A DNA stretch of 64,000 nucleotides from Octopus vulgaris (Eukaryota). The DNA lies in assembly GCA_951406725.2 (NCBI GenBank), contig OX597828.1, positions 64,542,001-64,606,000 of the forward strand, read 5' to 3'. A program made the translations under genes and the position numbers. Of this stretch, positions 27,301 to 39,700 are shown in pieces; the first letter of the stretch is position 1; every line of letters starts with the position of its first letter. The notes under the pieces were generated by a model that was not told the origin of the DNA, made no database searches, and saw only the letters and a list, made by a program, of their open reading frames with translations.

Positions 27301-28675
27301 GCTTATCTTTTGCTTTGTATTTGTACAAGTTGACTCCAAATCTCACCCAGGGACCTCAACAGAGAACAAGTTAGAAGTTCAAGTTGGCGTTATGCCTGGG
27401 GTGTCATATATTTGGTTTTGCACATAGTATTGTTCTTGACAATGTTTAAGAAAGCATAAGAAAATTATAAGTTTGATTTAAAATTTGAGATTACATACAG
27501 TATTTTACGCAGGATATAGGCAGTTCCCATGAGCACTATCTTTTGAATTTCTGCATTTTGGGGTGTCCTGGTATCTGAGCTAGGTAGGAATCAGCCCCTT
27601 TTGCTATCATTCCTAAGGCACCTATGACAATCGGTATTGTTTAAGTCTTCAGGTTCCACATTTCTATTTCAAGATCTTTATATTTGCTCAGTTTTTGGTA
27701 GGTCTTGACAGATACGTTTATATCAATTGGGACAGTCATATCAATGAGGAGGCATGGTTTTTGTCTGAAGTCTTTCAATATGATGTTTGGCCTATTTGCA
27801 TCTATCTTTCTATCAGTTTGAATGGTGAAGTGTAGCTCCATCATGCCTGTTGGGATACTCTGTAGGCGCAAGAAGACTGCACTTGGATACAACATGATCA
27901 ATGGTTTCATCTTGTTTACATACACGACATGTTGGGCAGCTGCCATTCTTTAATATGTTGACCTGGTAGCACCTTGTAGGTAGACATTGATCTTGGGCTG
28001 CTATCATCAACCCTTCTGTTTCTGATTCCAAGCCAGAAGCCACTAACCATTGATGGGTAAGGGCTTTGTCAACATCGGCATTATTAGCTCTCTTTGGGTA
28101 TTTGCAATTGAGAGGTTTTTCTTACCATTTACCAGTAAGAAGATCTAAGGTAGCAGTTTTGGCACGGGTTTTCATACGCTTAGCTTTTTCTGTGCTTGTT
28201 TCCAGTATGTCTAATTCTGAAGTTTGTTGTATTTGGAATTCATTTAGATATTCCTTTACCTGTTTTGTTACTGAATATGATTTCTTGTTTTCAAACAAGT
28301 TTTAACATCCGGTCATTAGCGTTTTTCATGTAGGTGTTTAGGCCAATTGTGGCAATCTTCATTATTAATTCCACGGCCACCCTCTTTTCTTGGCAAGTAG
28401 AGTCGTTCTATATCTGCCTTAAGGTGGAACATTCTATGTATTGTCAACAGTTTTCGTATTTTTCTGTCAAGATTACATATTTCAGTAATTGACCACTTAA
28501 TGATATTGAAACTGTAAGTCACGACCGGTATGGCTAAAGTATTGATCGCTTCGATCCTGATTTTTGCATTCAACTCTGTCTTGAGTATTGCCCTTACCCT
28601 GCGATAACAACCTCTTCTGATCCTTTCCCTCATCACTGAATGCTTGATTCCGTCCCCTTCAAATACCCCGTAGGT
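27300..28675 (-). mobile_element. R4/Dong-like RLE non-LTR retrotransposon, 5'-truncated and decayed
   Basis: YRRVRAILKTELNAK..AINTLAIPVVTYSF..RLYLPRKEGGRG; ETEGLMIAAQDQ; CRVC..ETIDHVVSKC knuckle; NRPNI..IDMTVP..KLSKYKDL endonuclease. Flanked by (TTA)n. Confidence 0.85.
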
Positions 28676-28839
28676 ATTATTATTATTATTATTTCTACTG
28701 TAGGCACAAGCCCTTGAACATTTTGTGGGGAAGGGGAGCTAGTCGATTCTGCAGCTCGCCGCCTTAATAATGATAATAATAATTTCTATTATAAATACAA
28801 GCCCTGAATTTTTTGTGGAGGGTGGGGTGTAGTCGATTA

Positions 28840-29269
28840 CAGATCGTCGCCGACTTACGACCGCAAATGGTTCCGACTGAATGGTCGTATGTCGGCCTAC
28901 ATACCTTTGTTTTATATTTTTACATTCTTAAAGTACATTCTCAGGTAAATGTCACGCACAGCATTCTGTATTATAGTATTATAATGGCGTTAGTCAAAAA
29001 TTTCGGAGTCTCAAGTAGTCGTCTTCTAAACAAATGAAGTCTTATAAACGAGGTTTCCTCGATGTCTCCGCAACAGAATGGTCATCCAACACAGTGGTGA
29101 TCGATAACCAAACTTAGGGGAAGCGTTTGTTATCTGACATCATCCATAGACGGGTTAATTAGTGAGAAATTAAACCCATTAGATTTCAACTGGACTATTT
29201 ATTATTGCTGCCGGGAGTTGGCGCTCCAATCTTCGTAAAGTCGATCGGTCGTAAGTCGACGACGACCTG
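28840..29269. mobile_element. pogo/Tigger-like MITE inserted into a family B SINE
   Basis: TIRs CAGATCGTCGCCGACTTACGACC / GGTCGTAAGTCGACGACGACCTG with TA on both sides; the SINE sequence resumes across the insertion. Confidence 0.75.
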
Positions 29270-31287
29270 TATATCGAACCTAGTGTTTCAATGGTACTCA
29301 ATTTATCGATCCCGAAAGGATGTAAGGCAAAGTCGACCTCGGCGACTCTCATTTGATGGAGTACTCTCGTTTTGTTGATAGCTTTACGGAACAGTAAACA
29401 ATCTGTTTGTCTGTCAAATACATGGTTCACGAATGGCCCGTCTACATGGACTAATCCTTAGGAAATAGCAGCTAAAAATGCTTCAGATTACACCTTACCG
29501 CTTTAAAAATGAACGACACATTAGTTTAATGTACTCCTCGATATACATAAGACAGGAAGATCATAGTTTTTCTTCCACACCCACTTTATCTCCCTCACTA
29601 ACTTTCACAATATGCCTCCTTCCACTCTCACCATCTTTGTCTCATCTAATCGCTCTTCTCTTTCACATCGTCCTCATTTTACTCCCTCTCACCTTCCGCT
29701 CACTCTTTTCTCTCTCTCCTCTCTCTTTCTTTCTCTCTCTCTCTCTCTCTCCCCTCACTTTCGCTTCTCTTCGCTCACTGTCACCACTTTTCTTTCTCGA
29801 AGTTCGTCAGATAATATTAAGCCCCGCCTACTCATTTAATCAATCTCAGTTTGTCTCCACCCTTTCTCTCACTCTCACTCTCTTTCTATCTCTTTCTTTT
29901 CTTCTTCTCCCTCTCTCACTCACTTTACCTCTCTTTCTCTCCCTGTTTTCTGATAACTCAAGTCTTATTTCATCTTTACTATCCTTCTTTTTAAATCTTC
30001 TCCCCCCTTCTCTTTCTCTCTCTCTCTCTCTCTTTGTATGTTAATCTGTCTACATCCTTTTCTTACTCTCTCATTCTCTCCAGCCCCTGTGTCTGTCTGT
30101 CTGTCTTTCTGTATCTCTTGTTCTTTCTCAATCTCTGAATCATTGTTACAAGGTTTTGTCTAAGGTTTATTTCTCTCTCTCATTCTCCGAGGGCATAAGG
30201 AAGGCGTGTCTGTATATGTGCGTGTGTGCGCGCGCGCATGTATGCCTGTGTGTATGAACCTAAACCAGTCACCGCCCTCTTTAACAATCGCTTACTATAC
30301 TTTCATTATTAAAGAACCACGCCCACTTTTACTCCGCCTTGCTTTCTCAGCTACAGGTAGTCTTTACTATCAAGCTCCTCCTCCTTCCTTCCATTTTGTC
30401 TTTCACTTAGCCTCCTCCCACTACTTAACTACTCTTACCCTCTCCTTGTTAGTATTAGTCTCCGCCTTCTCTCTTACTAAATCATGGTCTTCTCCTTTCA
30501 CATCCAACTACACTTTTCTTCTTCTCTACCTTTTTCAGTTAAGTACATCCAAATCTCATCCACCGCACCCTCACTACTACTACTCCAACCCACAGCATCA
30601 CTATTACAACAATTATAACTGCCACCGATGGTGTAGATTCCCATTATATCGGAATTTGTGAAATAAATTCCCCCCTTCAGCAAAAAAATGTGACGTGTGT
30701 CAGTATGTATGTGAGCTACCCTACCAGCTTTTATTTTCAAATTAAATTCCGAAATAATCGTAATCTACATACTGTGAATGGATTTTTCGAAAAATTCATT
30801 CAAAAATAGTCATTATCCCGAAACTTATGAGGAAATAAATACGACTCGTGTGAATTTTCTGAAAAAACTCCTCCCCACTCTTCGAAAAAAGAAATTTTAT
30901 TTCGCCACATATAAGAATCTACATCTATAACGTATTTGTAGAAAATTTCATTTAAAATTATCTAATTTTCTGGACTTATGAGGGAACAAAATCAGTGGGG
31001 CACATTTGTGTATGTAAGCCCTTTGCTATTACATATCTATATATCAGCTTGTTTCGCTTCACTTTTATTTTCCTATGTATCAATATCGTATACTTATATA
31101 ACTGTATGTTATATATAAACAAAGAACATACTTCTTTCGTTCGATTTGCATCAAATCGGGCAATAATGTGAATGAGATGGACTCAATTTTTCACTAGACA
31201 TAAACGAAAATAGGATGACGGTATATACTGTGTTTAGTAGCGAATACTAACTATATTAAAAATGCATCGTGGTGTGTGTCTGTGTGC

Positions 31288-31330
<43 letters not shown>

Positions 31331-31339
31331 CATACGTAC

Positions 31340-31411
<72 letters not shown>

Positions 31412-31503
31412 GTCCCTATTTCGTATACATTCGATCCTTCTTCCAAGAAATCTAATGCTCGTAGCTTAGTTTTTCTAATGCTCGTAGCTTAGTTTTTCCT
31501 GGA

Positions 31504-31576
31504 GGCTGGCCGGATCGGAGCGATCTCAAGATTAATCAGCCGAAATTGCTACGATGATCCGGTTCTTGACTGAAGA
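31504..31576 (+). ncRNA. Putative permuted hammerhead ribozyme, copy 2
   Basis: GGCTGG/TCAGCC (II), CCGGATC/GATCCGG (extra helix), AGCGAT/ATTGCT (III), AUC triplet with predicted cut after 31525, TCAAGA/TCTTGA (I), then CTGAAGA at 31570-31576. Confidence 0.75.
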
Positions 31577-32079
31577 TTGAGGGCTTTTTTGTATCGTCTT
31601 CTAAGTGTTTTGCGTTCTTGTCTCAGTTTGTATTTTTCTAAATATAATAATAATTATATATGTATATATATATATATTGATAATGAAGCAGGGGAAGTCT
31701 TATCAGTAAGGCTGATTATGATAGTCTGCTAGTGGGAGACCCTCTTAATTATCAGCCAAAATCTTGATTTTTTTATGACTATACGAACTAGAATGTCTGT
31801 CTACTCTCTCAGCCCTACCCCTAACAGATACTGCCCTCTGTTCTCTCAGCCTTAGGTATACAAGGGATTTAATAAACTAGTTTATAAATTAAAACTGACC
31901 CCATAAAGGCAAAAAATCAGTGGCAGGCAGAGCCTTCTTGATAATTTTAGTAATTTCTATGCTGAAGTAAAGACATGTTCTTTGTCTATCTCCTTAACAT
32001 TTTGGAGATTTTAAGTATAATTATACTAATGTTCTATACTATCTGTTCTAATTTAATTAGAATTAAATTCTATGTTTTT

Positions 32080-32168
32080 GTGCAGCTGAAGATTGCTCTA
32101 CATTTTAAATTGATGTAATGATTTCATTGTTCAATTAAATGGAGTTGCATGAAACGATCGTACTGCAT
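32080..32168 (+). ncRNA. Canonical type I hammerhead ribozyme with a long stem II
   Basis: TGCAG-CTGAAGA-TTGC...GCAT-GAAAC-GATC-GTA-CTGCA. Stem I is TGCAG/CTGCA; stem III is the palindrome ACGATCGT. Confidence 0.8.
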
Positions 32169-32209
32169 TACCTCTGGATATCCTTGTTGCTTATTTTGAT
32201 ATATATATA

Positions 32210-33877
32210 CACTACCGTCAGAAATTAATTAGCACCCTTGATTTTCTCTTCACTCAAGGTATTTGCTGTCACCTAGTGGCCATATCTCGAACTATTGCTT
32301 TGTTGTGAGTTCACTGTTGCGTAGAACGATGACGTAACTTTGTTTGCAGAGCAGTTTGAGAGTCTACAGCCTAATGATGTTGACATAGCAGTGCAACAAC
32401 AACTTGGAGTGCGGATGCAGACAAATCTTCCTTTGTTTAATAGATATAGGTAGCGCCTCGCAAGGACCGAAATCACACCGTACTAAGTTTTCTCATCGCG
32501 TAAGACGTTTTGAACAGCTCGTAGGTTAAATGATTTGTGTATTTGCAAGATTTTTTTTCCTCACAAATTCTCCTACACTCTGCTTGATGACGTCACTTCT
32601 GGTTCACAAAACTTTCTGTTATACATCAAATAAGGTGAGAAATTCTGCTTTCTTTCTTTTTTGTTTAATGAATAATAACTCATAGCAGTTTTGTTATAGC
32701 ATAACATTATTCAAATAAATAGTTTTAATGAAAATAACTGGTTTTTATCGTTCATTCCTAGATGGGCCCAAGACCTCGCATGACCTTGGAGAGACGGTAC
32801 GAGGCTCTCTTGTGGCGTGGGAAGCTGTCGGAGGCTGCAATAGCCAGAAAACTTGGTGTAGCCAGGCGCACAATTCAGTGCTTATTTAAGAAATACGAGG
32901 AAACCGGATCAGCAGCTGACAAAAAGGGTAGGGGACGGAAGAGGCTGACGACCCAGCGGGAGGACCGGATGCTGATCCGAAAGTCGCTGTACAACCGAAG
33001 GGCAACGAGCCAGCAACTGGCGGAGGAGATGCAAAAGATGACAGGGAAGCAGTTGTCTACAACCACCGTCAAGACCAGATTACTGGAAGCTGGTCTAAAA
33101 TCCTGTAGGGCCGCCCATAAGCCGCTCCTTACAGCCCAAAACTGGAAGAGGCGGATGCTCTGGGCCCGTGCCCACAAGACATGGACCGTGCAGCAGTGGT
33201 GGACAGTGATGTTCACTGACGAGTCGCGATTCAGTCTCGTCAGTGACAAGCTTGTCCATGTGCGACGCCGCAGGGGTGAGCGCTTCAACAAAGACTGCAT
33301 TGCTCTCACCATGAAGCATGGTGGGGGTGGTCTGATGGTGTGAGGGGCGTTCAGTTACAGTGGTGTTGGGCGGTTCTATGCCGTCGAAGGCAACATCAAC
33401 GCAGCAAAGTGCGTTGAGATAGTACGGGATACCTCTTTGGTGGCGAGGAGTACGTGCTCCAGCAGGACAACGTGCCTTCCCACACAGCCAAGCTCACAAC
33501 CGGTTTCTTCAAGGACCATGGGGTGACGGTCATGGACTGGCCTGGCCAGTCACCTGACCTGGCCAGTCACCTGACCTGAACCGACACAAGCTGTTTGGGG
33601 CACTTCTTGCTGCATGGAGGGCCATCCCTGCACAGTACCTGCAGGCACTCATAGACAGCATGCCGACCCGCGTAGCAGCTGTCATTGCTGCCAAAGGAGG
33701 AGCAACAAGATATTGACTCAATTTCACGATTAATAACAATTATGTGGTGTGCTGGGATATGTTTTAATAAATTTTTGATTATAAACGAGTTCGTTTCTGA
33801 TAATAAGTTAATTAAATTAAGAAAATGTAAGAAAATGTAGAAATTTGAGAAGTGCTAATTAATTTCCGACGCAAGTG
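32210..33877 (+). mobile_element. Full-length Tc1-family DNA transposon
   Basis: TIRs CACTACCGTCAGAAATTAATTAGCAC / GTGCTAATTAATTTCCGACGCAAGTG, TA on the right flank, transposase inside. Confidence 0.9.
32762..33716 (+). pseudogene. Tc1 transposase (premature stop at 33341-33343, frameshifts, deletion removing the catalytic E)
   Basis: HTH, GRKRLTT, VMFTDESRF, KHGGGGLMV*G, LQQDN.P.H, DWPGQSPDL(N), LIDSMPTRVAAVIAAKGGATRY*. Confidence 0.9.
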
Positions 33878-36599
33878 TATATTCAATGAGTAAAAGACAT
33901 AATAAATGCACAAACAAATGGGAAACATGCACACAAACGGTTGCCAATTCCTCCTCAGTTATTGGCCAGCGGCTCAATCGCAATTTTCCGCTTAGCCGAT
34001 AGCTTTGAATCCCATATTGGTGTGGCACCGAGAGCAAACGCCACCGGGAATTGCGGTACTGTCATGACTTTGATATTCATTTATCAATATGTCCTACTAT
34101 CGTTTATCTTTTTATTTTCAGATTTAATCAAATAACGAAGTAGGGTACTTTCTAATGTTTGTGCATTTACATCACATGTAATTTGGTCGTCCTGGTTTCA
34201 ATTTCTGACAGGGTAAATTTTGCTTTCATTCTTTTGAGATTGGTAAAATAAAGCACCAGTCAAATAGAGCCCAGTCTGGACGGTAGGTACTCTCTGCAAA
34301 GTACCTGGACTTGTACCGTTAACAAAATCTTTAGAGCGACAAACGTAGATGCTATACGGTATTTGCTCCACGCTTTTGAGTTCTGAATTTCCTATCCTGC
34401 TGAGGGATTTGGAATCAGATCAACAAATTTATCTTCCTTTATGTTGTGTTGGGGTTGATGAAATAAAACACCAGTCAAGTACTTTATTTGTCCTTCTCCA
34501 AAAATTGCTGGCTTTGTGCCTTTATTAAAAGCCATCATCATAATCATCATAATTTTCATTATCATTTTCTTATTCAAACTGATAACGTAAGAGAAAATCT
34601 GCTATTATTCTAGAAGAGTGAAGTCTCCCACTCTCCCCACTCTGGCCATTTCTATTTGTTCAATTATTTTTGGTGGGATGAGGTTAGGGAGAGAATCGTA
34701 GGTGATAGTCAGTTCAATGAATTTTATGATATTGCTGATGATCTTGCTGTTGTTGTTGTTGCTGATAATGTTGCTTTCGTCCTTATCTTCGCGTGTTTAT
34801 TTATTTATTTGTTTGATTTTTAAAAATATTTATTTATTTGACTGTTTTAACGTTGAATTGCTGACGGCGAAAAGACAACAACCACCACAATAACAACAAC
34901 AGCAACAATAATTAGCAAGAAGAAGAAGAAGAAGAAGAAGAAGAAAACAATGAGAAAATGGAAGAGGAAGATAGAAAAACCAGAAGAGAAACTGGAAATA
35001 GAAAATGGTTGCCAGTTAAATCTGTCAATTGTGATGATGACTTCCGTTTAAGTGATAAAACACCACCGAGTAATAGCCCAGAGAGGGAGAGAGAGGGAGA
35101 TAGAGAGAGAGAGAGAGAGAGGGAGAGGTGAGAAAGATGTTGTAACTGAGGGGGAAATATTGTGAAAAAAAGGTTGAGCAAATGAGAGAAAAATTGAACA
35201 AGGAAAAGAATATAAAGAGAATGAGAGAAAGAGAGAGAAAGTGAGAGTGAGGTGTATCTAAGAGGTAGAAAGAAGAAAGTATGAACGACTGAAAGAACGA
35301 GAGTAAGGAAGAGTATTTGAAAGGAGAGGAAGGGAAAGAGTGACTGAAAGTAGAAAGTGAGCAAGGAAATATTTAGAGAGAGGGAGAAAGTGAAAGAGGG
35401 GAAGAGAGAGGTAGAAAAGAAAAAGAAAGATAAGGAGATAATCAGAAAGAGAGAGGGAGAAAGAAAGCAAGAGGGGAAGAGAGAGAAAGGTACGTTTAAA
35501 GAAACCGATAGAGAAAAAGTGAAAAGACTGAGAGAGGAGAAAGGTGACATAGATTGTGTGTGAGGGTGGAGGGTGTATATAAAATGAGAGAGAGAAAAGA
35601 CTAGGATGTGATTGGTTAACAGAGATAACTTTTAGGGGGTAGGCGGGGGAGAGTTTTTTTTTTAAGGGCTGATAGGGACTGTCGAATGGTGGTGTAACGG
35701 TGGCGGTCTGTAGCGCTACGTGGGGCCTCTATAGACATCAATGTGTTCTACACACAGATGGCGCTCAGCAAAACACTTCGCCTCGGCTTTCATTGTTTCT
35801 GGAAGACATATTGGTCGACCACAGAGAAGCGAACGTATCTAAGTCCGGACAAAAATAGAGAGGGGCGCACAGCGGCACAGAAGGGTATCGTGGGAGTGGT
35901 GGTGGGGGTGGGGGTTGGGATGGGGAAAGGGTAGTGCGAAGCGGTATTAATTTTCGGACCAGGCGACAAGTAATGAGAGGAGGGTAGGGAAGTTGGTAGG
36001 GAGAAAGTAGTAGGTACACAAGTGTGTGTGTGTGTGTGTTTTAATGATTTCGAGGAAAGGTGATGTGAGATGAGAGCGAGAGATAAAGGTGTCGGCGATG
36101 GCGGGGCCGGGAGCGAGAGAAAGAGACAAGATGTAATAGATGAGAGAAGAGGAAGGGGAGAAGTGACAGGGTTTTAACAGGGTGCTGTGTGTGTGTGTGT
36201 GGGGGGGTGTTATCTATTTCTGTCAGTTGACTGCGGCTGTGCTGGGCTCTGCCTTGGTGGGTTTTACTCGAACACATCGACACCAGGTTTATTTTTTTAA
36301 GTCTGGTACTTATGCTATTAGTTTCTGATGCCGAACCGCTAGGTTACGAGAACGTAAACACACCAACACCGATTGTCAAGCGGTGGTCGAGGACGAACAC
36401 AGGCACACAGACACACACACAGATATATACATATAAATAAATATATATATACGACGGGCTTCTTTCAGTTTCCGTCCACCAAATCCACTCACAAAGTTTC
36501 GGTCGGCCCAGGACTATAGTAGAAGACACTCGCCTAAGGTGCTCCGCAGTGGGACTGAACCTGGAAGCAAGCCTCTTGCCACGTTTGAACCTACATGTA

Positions 36600-36674
<75 letters not shown>

Positions 36675-36878
36675 GTGCGCGTGTGTGTTTGTATGTGGGT
36701 GTATAGAGAAAGATAGACTGATAGGTATAGGGATATTGACTGATACATACATACACACACACACGTACATACATGAATGCATACATAAACACTCACAGAC
36801 ACAAACATATGCTCGCACATATATACACATGTATATACATACAGTATATTCATACAAATATACTGTGTTATATATATA

Positions 36879-37300
<422 letters not shown>

Positions 37301-37317
37301 ATATATATATATATTTA

Positions 37318-37391
<74 letters not shown>

Positions 37392-37457
37392 GGTCCCGGG
37401 TTGATTCGGGGTTAACCACAGTAAATAAGGTACTCAATACATAGCAGAGTAAAATTA

Positions 37458-37580
37458 ATTTATTATATAGAAGGAGCTTCTACAGGACTAGAACTGTTTC
37501 ATTCAAGAGAAATCTTCAGGCTTCCTGAAGATTTCTCTTGAATGAAACAGTTCTAGTCCTGTAGAAGCTCCTTCTATATA

Positions 37581-37586
<6 letters not shown>
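37458..37586. repeat. Perfect 63-bp-arm hairpin (3-nt spacer) containing a minimal hammerhead core
   Basis: The arms are exact reverse complements. The right arm reads CTGAAGA-TTTCTCTTGAAT-GAAAC-AGTTCTA-GTC. Confidence 0.85.
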
Positions 37587-37630
<44 letters not shown>

Positions 37631-38033
37631 TCGGACAGACAGAGGTCGGAGGTCGGAGTACAGTGTTCGTAGTAGTGGTTGTTGGGTGGTTGTCGTATTG
37701 GTAGTAGTGGGTGGTGGTGGTGATGGTGGTGGTGGTGAGGCGACTGTTGTGATGGTGATGGGGATAAAGTCGTCCTAGCTGGTGGCATCATTCTTGATGT
37801 TGGCGACCGTTAATTGATTCATCAGTGTAGTTGTGTCTAACGCTGGCGACGGCGGCGGCGATGATGGTGGTGGTGGTGGTGGTGTTTTGGCTGCCGCTAT
37901 TGTTGCTGCTGCTGCTTATGATGATGATGATGATGATGATGATGGTCCGGTTTTTAAGAAATCTAATTTTGTAAACAAATTCTGGAAGAAAGGAAGAAAG
38001 ATGTAAAAACAAAAAGAGTAAACAAACAGTGAC

Positions 38034-38079
<46 letters not shown>

Positions 38080-38095
38080 ACAGAACGTTTATGTA

Positions 38096-38313
38096 TACTC
38101 TTTACTCTTTTACTCTTTTACTTGTTTCAGTCATTTGACTGCGGCCATGCTGGAGCACCGCCTTTAGTCGAGCAAATCGACCCCGGGACTTATTCTTTGT
38201 AAGCCCAGTACTTATTCTATCGGTCTCTTTTGCCGAACCGCTAAGTAACGGGGACGTAAACACACCAGCATCGGTTGTCAAGCAATGCTAGGGGGACAAA
38301 CACAGACACACAA

Positions 38314-38390
<77 letters not shown>

Positions 38391-38555
38391 TACGACAGGC
38401 TTCTTTCAGTTTCCGTCTACCAAATCCACTCACAAGGCATTGGTCGGCCCGGGACTATAGCAGAAGACACTTGCCCAAGATGCCACGCAGTGGGACTGAA
38501 CCCGGAACCATGTGGTTGGTTAGCAAGCTACTTACCACACCGCCACTCCTGCGCC
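38096..38555 (-). mobile_element. SINE family A, full-length young copy
   Basis: Head GGCGCAGGAGTGGCGGTGTGGTAAG...GGTTCAGTCCC and a GAGTAAAA-type tandem tail; near-identical to 39227-39629. Confidence 0.85.
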
Positions 38556-38873
38556 TATGTTCTTTTATTCTTTTACTTGTTTCAGTCATTTGACTGCGGC
38601 CATGCTGGAGCACCGCCTTAAAAGTTTTTTTTTTAGTCGAAGAAATCGCCAGCAAAAGATTAATTCTTTGTAAGCTTAGTACTTATTCTATCGGCTTCTT
38701 GAGCCGAACCGCTAAGTTACGGGGACGTAAACGCACCAACATTGGTTGTCAAGCGATGGTGGTGGGGCCAAACACAGACACAAAGAACACTTACGCACGC
38801 ACACACACAAACTCACTTGGAAATGGATGCGTGGCGTTCAATCAAATAATAATATAATTCATATAGATATATG

Positions 38874-38931
<58 letters not shown>

Positions 38932-38945
38932 CACACATACACATA

Positions 38946-39190
38946 ATATATGAGTACAGGACGTCACCAACAGTAAACAACATGAAATACGAAAACAAAT
39001 AGTTCAATGCGCAAACAACGAGAGAAACAAATGGAAAACAAGACAGGTAACACAAAGCCGACAATTGATGAAGGGTCGCTCTTTATGTTACTTGTCCTGT
39101 TTTCCATTTGTTTCTCTCGTTGTTTGCGCATTGAACTATTTGTTTTCGTATTTCATGTTGTTTACTGTCGGTGACGTCCTGTACCCATAT
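38946..39190. repeat. ~110-bp-arm inverted repeat of the permuted-hammerhead element tail
   Basis: The right part GCCGACAATTGATGAAGGGTCG...GTCCTGTACCCATAT matches 61915-62040; the left arm is its reverse complement. Confidence 0.85.
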
Positions 39191-39226
39191 ATGCATAAGT
39201 ATATTATGTGTGTGTGTGTATATATA

Positions 39227-39629
39227 TACTCTTACTCTTTTACTCTTTTACTTGTTTCAGTCATTTGACTGCGGCCATGCTGGAGCACCGCCTTTAGTCG
39301 AGCAAATCGACCCCGGGACTTATTCTTTGTAAGCCCAGTACTTATTCTATCGGTCTCTTTTGCCGAACCGCTAAGTGACGGGGACGTAAACACACCAGCA
39401 TCGGTTGTCAAGCAATGCTAGGGGGACAAACACACAAACACACATATATATATAAATACATATATACGACAGGCTTCTTTCAGTTTCCGTCTACCAAATC
39501 CACTCACAAGGCATTGGTCGGCCCGGGGCTATAGCAGAAGACACTTGCCCAAGATGCCACGCAGTGGGACTGAACCCGGAGCCATGTGGTTGGTTAGCAA
39601 GCTACTTACCACGCAGCCACTCCTGCGCC
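39227..39629 (-). mobile_element. SINE family A, full-length young copy
   Basis: Same structure as 38096-38555. Confidence 0.85.
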
Positions 39630-39634
39630 TATGC

Positions 39635-39672
<38 letters not shown>

Positions 39673-39700
39673 TATATATTGTATTATTATTATTATTATT

